52,165 bases of DNA, from NCBI GenBank assembly GCA_008632985.1, contig QPGO01000338.1, forward strand, positions 1 through 52,165, read 5' to 3'. The position numbers and the translations under genes are program-made. The notes beneath the pieces are model-generated. The model saw only the letters and a list, made by a program, of their open reading frames with translations, searched no databases and had not been told where the DNA came from. Numbering within the stretch: the first letter of the stretch is position 1; each line of letters starts with the position of its first letter. This document shows positions 12,083 through 25,400 of the stretch, one piece after another. This DNA is from Psammoneis japonica (taxonomy: Eukaryota).

Positions 12083-13928
12083 CTAGTCGACCGCCTTGGC
12101 TTTCAACTCATTCATTGCAACAGCTTCGTAGGGTTCCTTCTTTTGGTGGGTGAAAACATATACAAGTAGAAGCATGCCGGTACCGACAACTCCTACTCCG
12201 GCTCCAAGCATGAGCTGAAAATGATCCATCCAGTGAAATGACTTATCGGGTTCTCCGATGAAGAGGGTCGACATCATTCCAGTGTCCTCGTGAGCAAGGA
12301 AATGGCAGTGAAAAACCGTCTTTCCTGATAATTCTTGTACTGAACCCAAACGCGAGCCCTAAATTTCGGAGGGACCACAACAGTGTCCCTCCAAGCGTTT
12401 CGATCAAAGACCAGTAAACCCGCAAGCACTTGGTATCTATCGGTGGAAAGCTCAGACCCCATTTCTTTTACCTGAAAACGATTCACATGAATGTGGAAGG
12501 GGTGGACATTGTGGTTGGCGTTGATTAAAACGTATTCAACCGCCTGTCCGGGGTGTGCCGAGAAATCCAAACGGTCTGGATCAAAAGAGCAATAGTCTCT
12601 TCTTATCAATCTGGTGTGCTTGAATGGCTTCGTCTTCTTCGTATCCTGGGGTGAATACCATGTCTTCGATTGGAACGGTCGGGAGCTGCGTGCGGATCTT
12701 TGTGTCCACCGTGATTGTGGCGAGAATTTGATCATGAGGATGACCCCACATGTCAAAGAACTGCATTCCCTGCATTCCTTGTTGAGAAATGACATGCTTG
12801 CCCGGCTTGCAAAACTGAAGCAAAATTTCCTCGCGCTGTCCACCCGCAAAGACAAGCATTGTATGCTTCTTTGGCTTTCGACACGTGACACCATCCGAAC
12901 CAATTACCCAAAACGGAATTGCAGATTCGTCCCAATGGTCGTCTTCCTTTCCTTCGGGGTGACAATAAAGGTATTTTCATTCTCAATGGTCCCGCATAAG
13001 GCTCGTAAATGAAGAACTTCGCCAACACCAACTTCAAAGCTCGGAGTGATTTCCCCATTCACCACAAACGGATGGATCTTGGAGAGGGTCGTTTGTCCCA
13101 TGAGGAACTCATCGACTTCAAGGTTGTGTGTCGGTTTATCCACAGTCTTGAACACTGGATCCCAAATGACAAACTCTTGTGAGTTGGTAATGCCATACGT
13201 GGCAAGCTCGTCCTCCATCGGACCTTCGACATACAAAAGACCAAGCATTCCACTCCAGATCTGGAGAGCCGAGGAGCCGTGCAAATGCGGATGGTACCAA
13301 TACGGCCTGTTGGGTGGTGATCTGGGATGTTAAACTTGTAGCAGTAGCACTCGCCTGGGCTGATGGCAATGTGTGGAGCTTCCGGGTTGTGCGTTCCGAC
13401 GGGATCAAAGATGTGTACTTCAATGCCTAGCCCGTGACGGTGAAGGTTGGTGGCATCAAAGTTCTTGGCCATGTTTGGCCAGTCAAGTTCAAGTTGCTCA
13501 GGATCCTCCACGGGCATCTTGTAGCATTGGTACTTGGTGTGTTCGCCAGGGTTCTCCACCATTTTCCAGTAATCAAAAGCCGTTGGTGGGTTGGGACCAA
13601 TCGACTCTGTAATGTTGTTCTCCAACTTGATCCAAAGCGACTGCCCAGGTTTCATCCGCATGGTTGGCCCCATAAAAGAATCCGATCCTTCCTCAGAGTA
13701 TGTGCGCCCCTTTTACGTGTAATTCAGCATTTTCATGATTCGAACGGACATGGTAAGGTTGTAGTTGACGTCGCCCCCATTGCAAGGATCCGAGCATGGG
13801 ATGAAACCCGTCTCGTCACCCAAGGCATACTTCACAAGTGACACTAGCGAGAGGAGCACAACGTTGCAGGTACTTCTACGCATCCCTTTTGCTCTTTTAC
13901 TAGGTTCAGCGTCAACAACGCGAAGCAT
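12083..13928 (-). pseudogene. Multicopper oxidase (3 cupredoxin domains, C-terminal TM anchor), frameshifted
   Basis: Copper motifs TNLHRHGL, WYH.HLHGSS, HPFHIHVNRFQV, WRDTV and VFHCHFLAHEDTGMM lie in different frames; hydrophobic N-terminal and C-terminal segments. Confidence 0.9.
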
Positions 13929-14683
13929 GAAAGTGATGAAGGCAGAAGATACAAATTATCGAGATCGCGGAGAAATTTGGAAATTGGTCAAATAATTATC
14001 ACCCCAATTCCTATTACTTTCTCACGTTGCACCACCTGCCGATTTTCTCTGTTTCCCGCCACCGCGTCATCGCATGCTCCTGTATTTGCATCCATCTTCC
14101 TCCCTGTTCTTCTCGGAAAGAAACGGTGTCTGGCCAAGTGGGGAGTGAGTTGAGTAGGGCTATGCGAGTATTCATTCTGTTCTTTTGCCTCTCCATAACA
14201 ATTGAGAAGGAGCAGCGGTACAATGTTTGTATCAACGTTGGGGGGATGCGGCTTGAGGCTTGAGCAACAAGGGGGTGCAAAGAGTCGGGCAGCGGGTTAT
14301 TGGGAGGTAGTTTTTTGCATTTCATCCAGAGTTCATCATGCATAGGTAACATTACGACCGGGCGGGGGGTTGCGGATTTGCATTGGGATGGACACAGTCA
14401 GTTGCACAGCCATACTGTACCGTCCGAATAAGGACGACGGACGACAGTCTGCTTTCAATTTGCAGCTTCAGGATTGCGGCAAAGGAACAGAACGATGACT
14501 GCTCTTTCGGCTCCCCGACCCATAACAACACCGCATACATCCCGGAATGGCCTCCCTACCCGCACCGTTGCCTACGCTTGTCGTCATCAACCCACACATC
14601 ATCGATTGCCCCGCCTACTGCCTACTGCCTCAACGCTCACACCCACGCGTACGCACACGCCCCACCCCACGCCAATGTCCTCA

Positions 14684-14970
14684 CCCTTAACTGCGTCTAT
14701 TGCCCCTCTCCACTCGCTCACTCACCGACATCGCCACTTAACTCCCATGCTCAACGCCCGCATCCTTAACTGCGCCTATTGCCCCTCTCGACTCACCGAC
14801 ATTATCGCCACTCCCATGCTCAACGCTCAACGCCCACAAAATTCCTCGCCCAACGCTCAACGCGCAAATCTTCTCGCTCACCTGACGTCCAACGCCCAAC
14901 GACTCTCTCTCCACCGCATTTCGCGATGCACACACATCGCCAACCACCCTCGCATCGCCAACCACCCTCG
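14684..14970 (+). repeat. C/A-rich short tandem duplications (~80-bp unit x2, 18-bp unit x2, CAACGCTC motifs), possibly transposon subterminal repeats
   Basis: CCTTAACTGCG(T/C)CTATTGCCCCTCTC...ACTCCCATGCTCAACGC occurs twice; CATCGCCAACCACCCTCG occurs twice. Confidence 0.75.
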
Positions 14971-15231
14971 CCTCTCCACCAACATCGCACATCCTTGTTG
15001 GCAACAGCTCACCATCGCCCACATCATGCGGCCTCCTCACAAAGTCAGCCTCCTCGGCACGCATCGCAAACCCACCCACCCCTTTTGCCTTTTTTCCCCT
15101 CCAGCCTCTCTCCCCACTGTGTCATCCCACCATGAAAGCAAGTGAGGAAAAGTGAATGCCAAAGTTGTGCATGTTTCCCAACCGCCAATGTGCAGACTGT
15201 CACGCCAAGTCAGGCCTCATGCAACAATGGC

Positions 15232-15605
15232 GACGCGCTCCAGGTCCAGGTGGGACCTCGCACTGCTGAGCTGTGACATCGACAGTTTTTTGAATTGTGT
15301 TGTGTGTCGCGCACACACATTTCTACGTGATTTTGGTGAAATTTTGCATGATTTTACAGTGCAATCATCAGGCTGTCCATTGAACAACTTTCAATGTTTT
15401 TTTCTTCTGCACCAATCTCGAGTGTCTTAAGAATGGCGCAGGGCAGGCGCAGCATCCAGAACTTTGAGTACAAACAGAGACAGATGCACTGCAAACTTGG
15501 CCATTTGCATTGTGTCGAAGACAAATGCATCCATTTGCATGGCTTGCACGTGGAATTCTGCGGGGCAAATGTCACAAAAAGTCCCACCTGGGGCTGGAAC
15601 CCGTC
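15232..15605 (+). mobile_element. Non-autonomous TIR element (MITE), 374 bp, GAC...GTC termini, 4-bp TSD TGGC; partly hypermutated
   Basis: tggc|GACGCGCTCCAGGTCCAGGTGGGAC ... GTCCCACCTGGGGCTGGAACCCGTC|tggc; both ends align with the copy at 17730-18123. Confidence 0.85.
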
Positions 15606-17729
15606 TGGCTCTTCTCAAGAAATTTGACTTGACGAGTCGTTGAGGCAGTTGAAAAGTTCATTTTGCACGGGCAACAAAGCAACAGCAACACCAACTTGAA
15701 AAGAGAGATCAAGCAATCGCGTCTGGTGTCTGACAACTGCTTGTTGGTTGCTTGTCTTTTTCGTCTGCAGACTGGATTGCGCGCAGCTCTCTGCTGCAAA
15801 TGCGCCGCACTTCACTCTGGGGTTCACTGCTCAACTCCAGATCCGCCCATTGTGACATGTGCGTTTTACACAACAAAAGCACAAAGTGTTGCACACAAAG
15901 TTGTGGTGCAGAAGTTGTTGCTTTTGGCAAGCACCTTGCAGTTTTGCGTCTCGGATCGTTTCCATCCTTTTCTCTGGACACCTGCAGTGTGCGGCATGAG
16001 AGGGCTCTCTCGAGTGCCATGAACTTGCCACTGCATGGAATGGTTTTGATGTCTTGAAGCACAGCGGGCTTTTTCCCTTGTTGGATGGATGTGTTTTGAA
16101 GCACTGGATTTTCCGTGTGAATTGATTCAGTGTCAGCTGCAAAGTGCTCTCAGAGCAGCAACAAGTCAACAATTTTTGCACTTGGCATCTGTCAAAAGCC
16201 AGCACATGTGCTGCAACACCAAGTTGTTCATTGTGGGGTCCTTCGTGAGCACATCACAGTGTCTTGGTGAAAAATGCAGAGAGAGAGCGCTTTGAGTGCA
16301 GCCTTGGAACGTTTGCACAACATGAGGACTCCATCTTTGTCCTGGCTGGTTTCATTTTGCACTCAGCAATGAAGCTTTTTTTTTTTGGCAAGGAAGTGCT
16401 TGGCCCCACGCTTGTTGCTTGGAGGCCAAGGCAGAGCAAATTCTGTGTCCTCCATCATTGTTTGTTTGGGCTCAACTGCAAACATGCAACAATGCCATGC
16501 TCACTGTTCTCCACTTTGCAGCACATGCCTGGTTTTGATGATGACACCTCAGGCAAAAAAACTGGAGACAAGCTCTTGTCTCACTTGTTGCTCAACCACA
16601 CCTTGAAGAGATGGCTTCAAACAATCCCAGTCGTGCAGATGAGACAAGTTTTGGTCATTGACTCCTGTGGATCACATGACAAATGACAGTGCATCAAAAG
16701 CCATTGGTTGAGTTACAGCCACTTGACAAAGGCGGCCGCGCTGCTTTGCCGTGCTGCTTCTTGTGCACTGAAGGGAGGAGCACACAACAAAAAAGAGAAT
16801 TCCACCCAAGTTGTCGCCATGCAGCAACCATGACATCCAGAAGAAATGGACAACAAATTGCTCTCAGTTCTTGCAACAACAATTGCAGCACAAAATGCAC
16901 TCTTTGCTCTTGTCCCTGATGCTCCACAAGAGATCTGACACCGCTCTCTGGGAAACTTCCAGGCCTGCAACCCACTCCTGTTGGCAGCTTTTCTTCCCTG
17001 GCAGATGTGTTGGAGCAGTGCAAAGCCACAAATGGTTTGCAGCTGACTTTGCAGATTTGCACTGCTGTTGCTGAACTGATGCACCAAACAGATGCACTTG
17101 GCAAGAAGGAGGAAGTGGCTTGGGGCAACTTTGTTTCCCACCCAATTGTTTGGGCCATTGCTGAGCTGTTCATTTGGAGACTGTTGTCAGCCAAGCAGTG
17201 GCCAGGATCAAATCATTCTGCTGTAAAGCCTGGTGCAAGTCCACCCACTGTCGCTTCATCAGATTGGAAAAAATTTGGGATTTTGTCTCGGACGGCCTTT
17301 TTTTTAAGGTGTGGTTGCAGCAGGCACCTCAGAGGAGATGCAACGGCTGGCAAAACTTTCTTTTGTTGCCTTGCATTTTGGGATGCTTTCAGAATTCTCA
17401 ATGACAGCTGCAAACACAACAAGGCTGCATGCTTTCATTTCGTTGATGTTGTGCCAATGCATCGCTGGATCCAGGCAACTCAACACCTCCATTTCATTGG
17501 CCAGAAAGTCTCAGGGCTTGTGTGCAAGTTAAGAAGCAGTGTTCAGACAACTGTGCAATGTGGCTGCTTTTGATGATGCAATGACTGCATGGTGCAGCAA
17601 CGGATCTGCCGTCACCAGAGAGATCTGGTTGACTCAGTGTCTCCTCTTTTGACAGGCGTTGAGATGCCACCCGACCATTTGGTTGCAAGAACAACCATTC
17701 TTGTGCCTGCCTTCAAGAACCCCAACATG

Positions 17730-18123
17730 GACGGGTTCCAGTCCCAGGTGGGACTGTGTGACATTGGGCCCGTAGAATTCTACGTGCGAGCTCTTAGCAA
17801 ATTTATAAAGTGATAAAAATGTAAATGATCGCCAACAGAAAAAGAGGCAATTTTACGAACGTGTCTCCTCCTTCACACTTGTAGTGCATCATTGACAGTT
17901 TGCCCGGGTGTGTTCTTCAGACATTAAAGAATATACCCAGAGTATTTTCATTCTCATAAATGTTGAAAATAGAAAGCCTTTGGCTTCGCAAAATGGGGAG
18001 TATGAAACAATTTCGTAGAATGTCACACGTAGAAATCTACGTGCGCGACATGCGACGCAATCCAAAACACTCTTGATGTCACAGTACAGTGGTACGAGGT
18101 CCCACCTAGAAATGGAAAAGGTC
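17730..18123 (-). mobile_element. Related MITE, 394 bp, GAC...GTC termini, 4-bp TSD CATG; normal TA content
   Basis: catg|GACGGGTTCCAGTCCCAGGTGGGAC ... GTCCCACCTAGAAATGGAAAAGGTC|catg; opposite orientation to the 15232 copy. Confidence 0.85.
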
Positions 18124-20006
18124 CATGAAAAGGTCCCTCCAACAACTGCAACTTGGTGAGGCAATGCATTCACAAAACTTTTGCATGACTTCAACTTGCA
18201 GGACATGGCAACAGGGCTCAGATCAACGATGGTCTCAACTTCTGGGACAACCTCATTGCAGCAGTGCAACAGCTCCATTGCAGCACGACCTGGTGCTCCA
18301 ATGGCGTGACTTTGCACCCAAGTCATTCTCCATGGCTGTGACTCTGCAGCATCATTTGCAACCACCCAAGCATGCTCAAGGTTGGCGGTGGCAAAATGGA
18401 CACAAAATGAATGTCTGAAGGCACCATGAAATGGGTGCTCATCATTGACAAGATGAAATCAAAGATCAGAGCCATTGCACGGCATGAGCAGGTGTGGGTT
18501 TGTGAAGTCATTGGCTGAGAGATGCAAGCCAACACATGCCATGAAGGCAAAAATGTGGTGGTGAGGACATGTTGACTTTGCTCACCACAACTTGGTTGCA
18601 AAAGCATTTTAACTTTGACAGCAAGCAGTTGGTGGAAATGCAAGTGCCGCCCCTTGCACATTTGTTGGAAGCAACAACACTGCAAATGGACCCCAACATT
18701 CCTCAATGCTGTCACCACAAAATTTGATGAATGGCGGTCTGTCCTTGTTTGGGGACCACTCAATCAAAATTGGAAATGTTGCTCTGATTGAGAACGCAGG
18801 AGCTTTTGTTGGTCAGTGCTCGGCAATGAATGAGTTTGGACAGATGTTGTCATTCTGACTTGTCACAGGGACAACCCTGCTGGAAGTGAAGGACAGCCCA
18901 CATGGCCTCAACTGATGGCACCAAATGCATGGTTTTAAAGGCCCAACAATTTTCTTGGCTGACAGATGCTGTGCAATGGCAAGGAGCCCATTTTCTGTTC
19001 CCTCGCTCCAGAGACAGAAAAAATGGACAGTGCTTGCTTGGGTGGTGTGGCATCTGCTGACAAGGAGCAAGGTGAAATTGTCTCCAACAACAAGCCTCAA
19101 TGGGTTTCAAGTTTGTTGAACTGTTGAACATCTTGACACCCCCAAGCTGCTGATCACATTCTCTGTCAAACAAGTTGCAAATGCTGCTGCCAAGGAAATC
19201 TCCTTGCCAAATGTGCTGAGAACAATTGGGGCGCACTGTTGGTTGTGATGCAGAGCGGGCTTTTGGGGCCAAGGGTGCCCCCCAAGCTGTTCAAGTTGCC
19301 ACACCAGATTTGGAAAACTGTGCTTTTGTGCATTGCCATTCCCTGATGGACTCAAGGCTTTGCCAGGAGTGTGCAGCCACAATGAAGATGGCTTCCAAGA
19401 TTGGCGCAGACAAAAGGAAGCTGGCTCAGATTGGAGTGTTGAGTGTTGTTGACCAATGCAACAAACCTGCAGCACATGGCAAAAGGAGCAAGCAGCGGCT
19501 GATCTTCATGATGCAGCCACAGCTCTTTTTTGGATGGGAGTGAGCACAAAGGCAGCTGACTGTGGCTGTTGGATTGGAAGCAAGCTGTGGTTGATGATGA
19601 GTGCTGTTGCCATGCTGTGGTTGATTTGTGCACTCAAATGATGGCATGCTGCCTTGAAAATGGTCGCCACACATTTTGTGGATCCAAGAGCCATTCCACC
19701 ACCAGATGTGAAGGAGCTGAAGGAAAATGACTCACCATTGCTGTGCACAACCAACAAATCTGTGGCAGCTGCAGAAGCCACTTTTCTGGGTGCGGCAGAG
19801 TTGGCAACTGCTTGTGACATTTTCTGATCATGCTGCTGTCAAAGTTTGAACAGACACAGCTGAGCAACAACCTGCAGCAGTTGTGCCAAAAATGTCAAAC
19901 CAAAGCATCGCTGAGGACATCATTGCAGATGGTGCAAAAGAGGTCATGTGGGAAGTCAGAAACTTGTGTGTCACACCTGAAAAGCAGCAAGCACTGGCAG
20001 AGTTCA

Positions 20007-20007
<1 letters not shown>

Positions 20008-20084
<77 letters not shown>
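20008..20084 (+). repeat. (CA)n microsatellite, about 38 units
   Basis: Perfect CA run. Confidence 0.98.
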
Positions 20085-20088
<4 letters not shown>

Positions 20089-22319
20089 GTCCCACAAGCC
20101 TGACGCTGAAAACAAAAATGGAAATGATGAGAATGAGTGTGGCGCAAATGCCAGAGATGATGAGCCCACACAGCTGCAGCACAGACACTGTGACATGAAA
20201 CAAAACATTGAACATCAGCTCATTTGGCTCAGGAAGGTTCTGTCAAGAAACCTTGGTGTGCCTGGAGTGTTTCTTTGTCCAGCCAGAGCAGCGTTGAGTT
20301 TGTCAAGGAAGCACTGCATGCAAAAGAGTGACTGCAGCAAAGACGAGGCAAACACATTGCAGCGGAAGCTTTTTTGAAAGTGGGTCTGTCATGCTGTGCC
20401 AGGCCCAAAAGAGCTGGAGAGAGAACTCACAAAGCCAGCAAATCTTCTTGCAACTGTGCTTGGCACAAAGACCAAGAAACTGCTGTTTCAATGGAGAGCA
20501 TGGAACCTGCACAAGAGGCGGTGCTTTGTCATGTGCAATGGGGGCGCGCCTCGGTGACAGCCCTCATTCAGGTCAGCACTGACTTGTGTGAGCCCCACTT
20601 TTTAAGTGCTTTTGTGGAGCTGGCACACTTGAACATGGATGTCATAAAAAAAAAGGTGAAGTGAGACAGCTTCTCTGGGCCTTCAGCTGCTCTCCAAGGC
20701 TTGCTGTTGCTTTGTTGCATGAGCTCATTCACTGTTGGAGCGCCAGCACAGCATCAGCAGTGTTGGTGTTCTTGGCCTGCCCACAAAACATGGCAACACT
20801 GCTGCAATGGTTGGGAGGTTAGAGTGAGAAATGAAGTTCACTTCAACACAGGAAGAGCTGCTTGAGCTGCAACATTCAAAGTGGGAGATGACCGCAGGTT
20901 TTGGAAACACTGTTGGGAATGAGTTGGGTTTCAAGAAGACAGTTGATGCACACAAAAAATGTGGGAGTTTGGATGAAGACAATGTTGACGCACGGTGCCA
21001 AGTCTGGGTGTCCAAGTGCCAAGAATTGCCTGCATCAGCCTCCTAGATTGCAAAGAAACTGAATTGGAAAAGAGGCATCAAGCCAGTGAAGTCACCCACA
21101 GAAGTCATTTTTTTCATCACAGCTGCACCAACTGTCAAAGCAACCAACAAACAGAAGCAGACAATGGCTCATGTGCTCAGTGGGGTGAGATGTCAATTTT
21201 TTGGAATGAGCTGTCAAGGATGAAGATGATGGCAAGAGAGCAAAAACTGACATGACACACAAAAATGCATTCCATCTCATGGCATGTTTGAAGGAGTTCA
21301 AGAAAAACATTGGGAATGTTGCTGCAACCACACTGTGAGTGAAAAAGAAGTGAACAAAGCCTTGAGAAGAAACAGCCAAGAGAGAGGCCCAATTCAACAG
21401 ACAGAGGTTGCTCACCTGGATGGCAGCAGTGAGCTGGCACTGACACATCATTGCAATCTGGAATTGGAGTTAACAAAAGGTGCTCCAAAACCACACTTGA
21501 TTCTTCAAGATGACAGCATGTTTCCAACCAGCACGGCTTTGATGATGATGATGGCTCAATGCCAGCTGGAGGAGATGCCCCCAATACAGGCAGCACAAAT
21601 GGTGCAGAGTTGCCACCCCAAGAGCCAATTGCAGCCCCTCCATTTGTTGGCAAACTGCCTCTGAGCAAGCGGGCATCTGACTGTGCTCCACCTCAACCTG
21701 TCCAAAATGTGGTGTCTCCCAGAGCAAGAAGAAAGAACAAAAGAACAAGCACCAAAAGGCAAGAGTCAGACGTCAAAAATGTGGCATGGGAAAATCTTTG
21801 GGTGTGCACACTGAATGTTGCCAAAGGACCAGATTCAACAAGCGGCAGTGGAAGTTCATTCACGTGAATGATGTCTGAACAACACACCAGCAGACAAACG
21901 CTTGGGTGGTTTCCCCATTGCACCAGCGGGTTGCGTGCTGGCAAATGACAACAAAGTGGAGCTCACTTTCCCCACCCATCCACTCCAGAGTGAGAGTGCA
22001 CTCCACACAAACCTGTGTGAAATGGTGCAAACCCTGGAAGCACATGGAAAAATTGGTGCTGGAAATGGGGTTGAATGGTGCCAAGAATTTGTGCGGTGCA
22101 CAAGTTTTTTGACACGTGCCAAAAAGTGCTCCTGTTCCACCCACTTGCGGTAACGCGGTCGCACTTATTCCCGGCACTTACCAGCAATGCTGCTCTTCCC
22201 AAAAGTGGCATGGTAGATTGATGACTCTGTAGACTTCCTCAACAACAATTGCCACTTGCCACACCTCTCTACTGCATCTCTAGAGTAGAGCTAGCTCTAG
22301 TTAGAGAGAGTGTCCGCCG

Positions 22320-22440
22320 TCCCGTCCGTCGTGCGCAGAGTTTGTCAACACAAAAAAGAAAAAAACACCGCACCATGGCGTGTGAAACTCGAAGACCTAC
22401 CACTCTGTAACTTCTGTAAGGATTTGTCAAGCGACACCGC
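22320..22440 (+). repeat. Dispersed non-coding repeat, copy A
   Basis: CCGTCGT(G/A)CGC..TTTGT..AAAAAAC(AC)ACCGCACCATGG(C/T)GTGT..CCTACCACT..GATTTG(T/A)CAAGCGA shared with 31322-31465. Confidence 0.8.
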
Positions 22441-25400
22441 GTCTAAGAATTGTTTCATAACTTCAAGTTTTGATTTACGACGGAATAACGTTGTGAACAG
22501 TGCCGTCAAAGTGTCGGAGGATAGGATTTGCTTCCCTTCATAAATCATTATGAGACACCGCAATCACCACCATGATGACACGAGCCGATAACACGACAGA
22601 ATTGTTCCAAATGGCAGTCTGTGGTGTTTGTATAGTGCCGTTATGGGGTCGGTGTTTGGATGAAAGGACGGCAGGAGAACGGCAGGAGAATCAGAAGTGC
22701 TGAAAAAAGGCGTCCAATTCGACAAAGAGCAAGTACATTATGCAGGATACAACTCGATCGGCAAGCTTGTTTGGTCGGTTTGGTGGCTTGTTTGGTGGAT
22801 GTCATTTTGTAAGTTCTTTGTGAATGAATCATACTCGTTTGCATTACAAACATGCCGATGCTCCTTTTCTCTGATTCAAAATACAATCTGTCTCATTCCA
22901 TACTATTTTTCTTTGGAATAGCTCAAACATGAATTAAGTATTACGATTTACGATGGCCCCGGGCATTGCAGCCGAGATTGGTTTACGGTAGCCAGATTGG
23001 CGCCCATGGGAATAATGATGTCTCGGCCGGCGCTTCGCCCATCCTTACCCTACGGTTGTGTGCTCATTACTATGGATGCAGGTAAGTTGTATCCTTCACC
23101 AAAAACGTTTGGAGATTCGCAACCCGAAAGCATCCTCTCTTTTTGGTTTCCGACTGGTACGGAGTTTCATTTCTAATCTCATACTTGATTCCGTTGCTTG
23201 TCATACCCAATCACAGCCAGCATCTTTATGCGAGAAATGGACAAGTAGTAGTGCAGCTGTAGAGAGGTTGGATCCATAAGTCACTTTATGTTTGTTTCCA
23301 AAATTGCGCTGTACACAAGAGAATGACGAGGGAGTTGAAGATTTGGTTGTTTTTTCTACGTGAAAGCTGTTTGGTTTGTCTCATGTAAATGCCGCAGCTG
23401 TTGGTAGGGAAGTTATCAGTACATTCACGATACTGCTTTCGGTCATTCAGGCCTGCTGTTCCGCCGTTCGTCGTTTCTTCTCTCTTCGCCGCCTAAGACA
23501 ATGGGGTCATTTCCAAGAATGTTTCCTGTTCTAAGCATCGTGCAAGTCACTGTTGTATCAACTTGCTGTCAATACGAATCGGCGCTCATCGATGAGGTAC
23601 TTTTCACCCCAACGTAGCAAACGTCGAGGTTCTGAATGGTAAATCAGTCGATACATATTTATCGAACGAGCAGCAAGACTGACTCCACTTTGGCCAGCAC
23701 TTGAGCTGTCTTTTTCCATAGAGAGCTATCGATACAAATGAGTTTACTGTGTGACTTGAAGGAACTGCGCCTTTTGCTGGAATACTTGAACAGGCATTTG
23801 TTCAAGCTGGTTTGGACGGTTTAGCTGTTGTTAACGGCTCGCAGCATGATTCGTCTTCCTTGTCTGGCTCATTGAACTTGCTTCTCTTTTTCAAGGAGAA
23901 CCAGCAGAGCAAGTCGATGGATTTTTTGATGTCTCGTCGACTTTCGATCTTGTACGAAGGGACAATGGCACTGTTATCCCATCGTTGAAAAATCGACGTG
24001 GTAGATCCTCAAGGAAACCTGCGGAAATGCTTTCACCGACGAAGTGATCTCCCGATATCGAAACCTACGAGTAATATGGAGACTGAAACATCAACGAAAG
24101 GCTACGAGATCGAGGCATTGAATCCTCTGACGTCAAAAGAGGCACCAGCTCAAGACGGACGCGGAGCTCAACTTGGAACGAGATCCGCAGAAACGCAAGG
24201 CAACCTAGAGAATCGGAATTCAGACACGGAGCTCGACATGACGCGGTGACACGGTCGAGGAATTGAATTCCAAGACAGAAGCAATACTCGATGATGATGA
24301 AGAGCCAGTGGATAAGTCATCTGAGGAGAAAGGATCAGGCGCCGCGGTTGCGATGTTGAGTCTCAATACAGAGGCAGCAGTAGCCCAACCCATAAGGAGG
24401 CTGCCGAGGTGATCGACGATGTTGTAGAAGATAATGCGCCTTTGTCTCTTTTGAAGGAAAGGATCCCCCGGAAGTCGTCGGGAAGCTTATAGGCAGATTG
24501 CTATTATCACGGTAACTGAGACATATTCCTCTCTTGCACATTCGTTAATTCAGGAAGAAGAGGGGTATGTGCGACCATGTGGTTGGTAGCCTGTTGCACT
24601 CGAGATTCTGATCCTAGATATTGCAAGGATGACGAGTGATAGTAAGCCGATCCCCAACGTGCTTTAGAAAGACGAGTTAGAGAATTCTCCACATTTTCCT
24701 GGATGCAACGGAGCAGAACCTCCGGCCTACATGTGTTTTGCGTGGGGCGTGTCGATGACATGAAAAGAAAAAAATATTTTAGCTCGAAATTTATATCTAC
24801 AGAGAGTACACCAGCTCAAGATTCGGTTTCATCGTTCCACCCACTAAAATGCTACACTCTGATAAACATGACTACTGACTGAGCCAGTTTCAAGTTGGCA
24901 AACCGTCCGAAACAAATTGCAACCACACAACTTAATCAACGATGCTGAATTTCGGTTGCAGAATCCTTGATGGGGGTGAGTCGAGCAGCAGTGTTATTCC
25001 GCGCAAGCCGTGGCGGCTCATACTGTGGAGCGAGCGTATCTCTTCCGAGACAGCAGACAGAAACACCGATAAACGTCTGAGGAAGTATAATGGCGGTATC
25101 CGACCCTCCTTCAATTCGTTGCCGACGTTCCCGATTCCCGAAACAATGTGGGAAACTAGTAAGACGAGACCGACGACAAGACGAGCTCCAGCAAAGTACC
25201 GGTACATCATCGACCGTTTTCGCCGTGAAGAAGCCAACTTTCACCAGGCCTAAGGTAGAACTTTTCTTGGTAGCACGTAGTGCCATGGGGAATGCGTGGC
25301 GTCCGAGTACAATACGGCATAGCAAAATGAGAGTTGCATTTGGTACTCTAAAATGCCTTTCGAATCTGTTCCACCTTGAGTAGAGACTGGTAGAAGTGCT

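Larger units (their letters stand above)
14810..22150. other. TpA/CpG-depleted hypermutated block III, with remnants of long plus-strand coding sequence and two MITE insertions
   Basis: About 7 kb nearly without TA apart from the island at 17760-18110; many TGA-terminated ORFs with little or no Tyr. Confidence 0.9.

Noticed and set aside
15246..18108. A single 2.9-kb element with long TIRs and a TA TSD
   Set aside because: Each 374/394-bp unit has its own inverted termini and its own 4-bp TSD, and their middles do not align, so they are two independent insertions.
19828..20377. ORFs with poly-(HT) or poly-(CV) tracts
   Set aside because: Translations of the (CA)n microsatellite.
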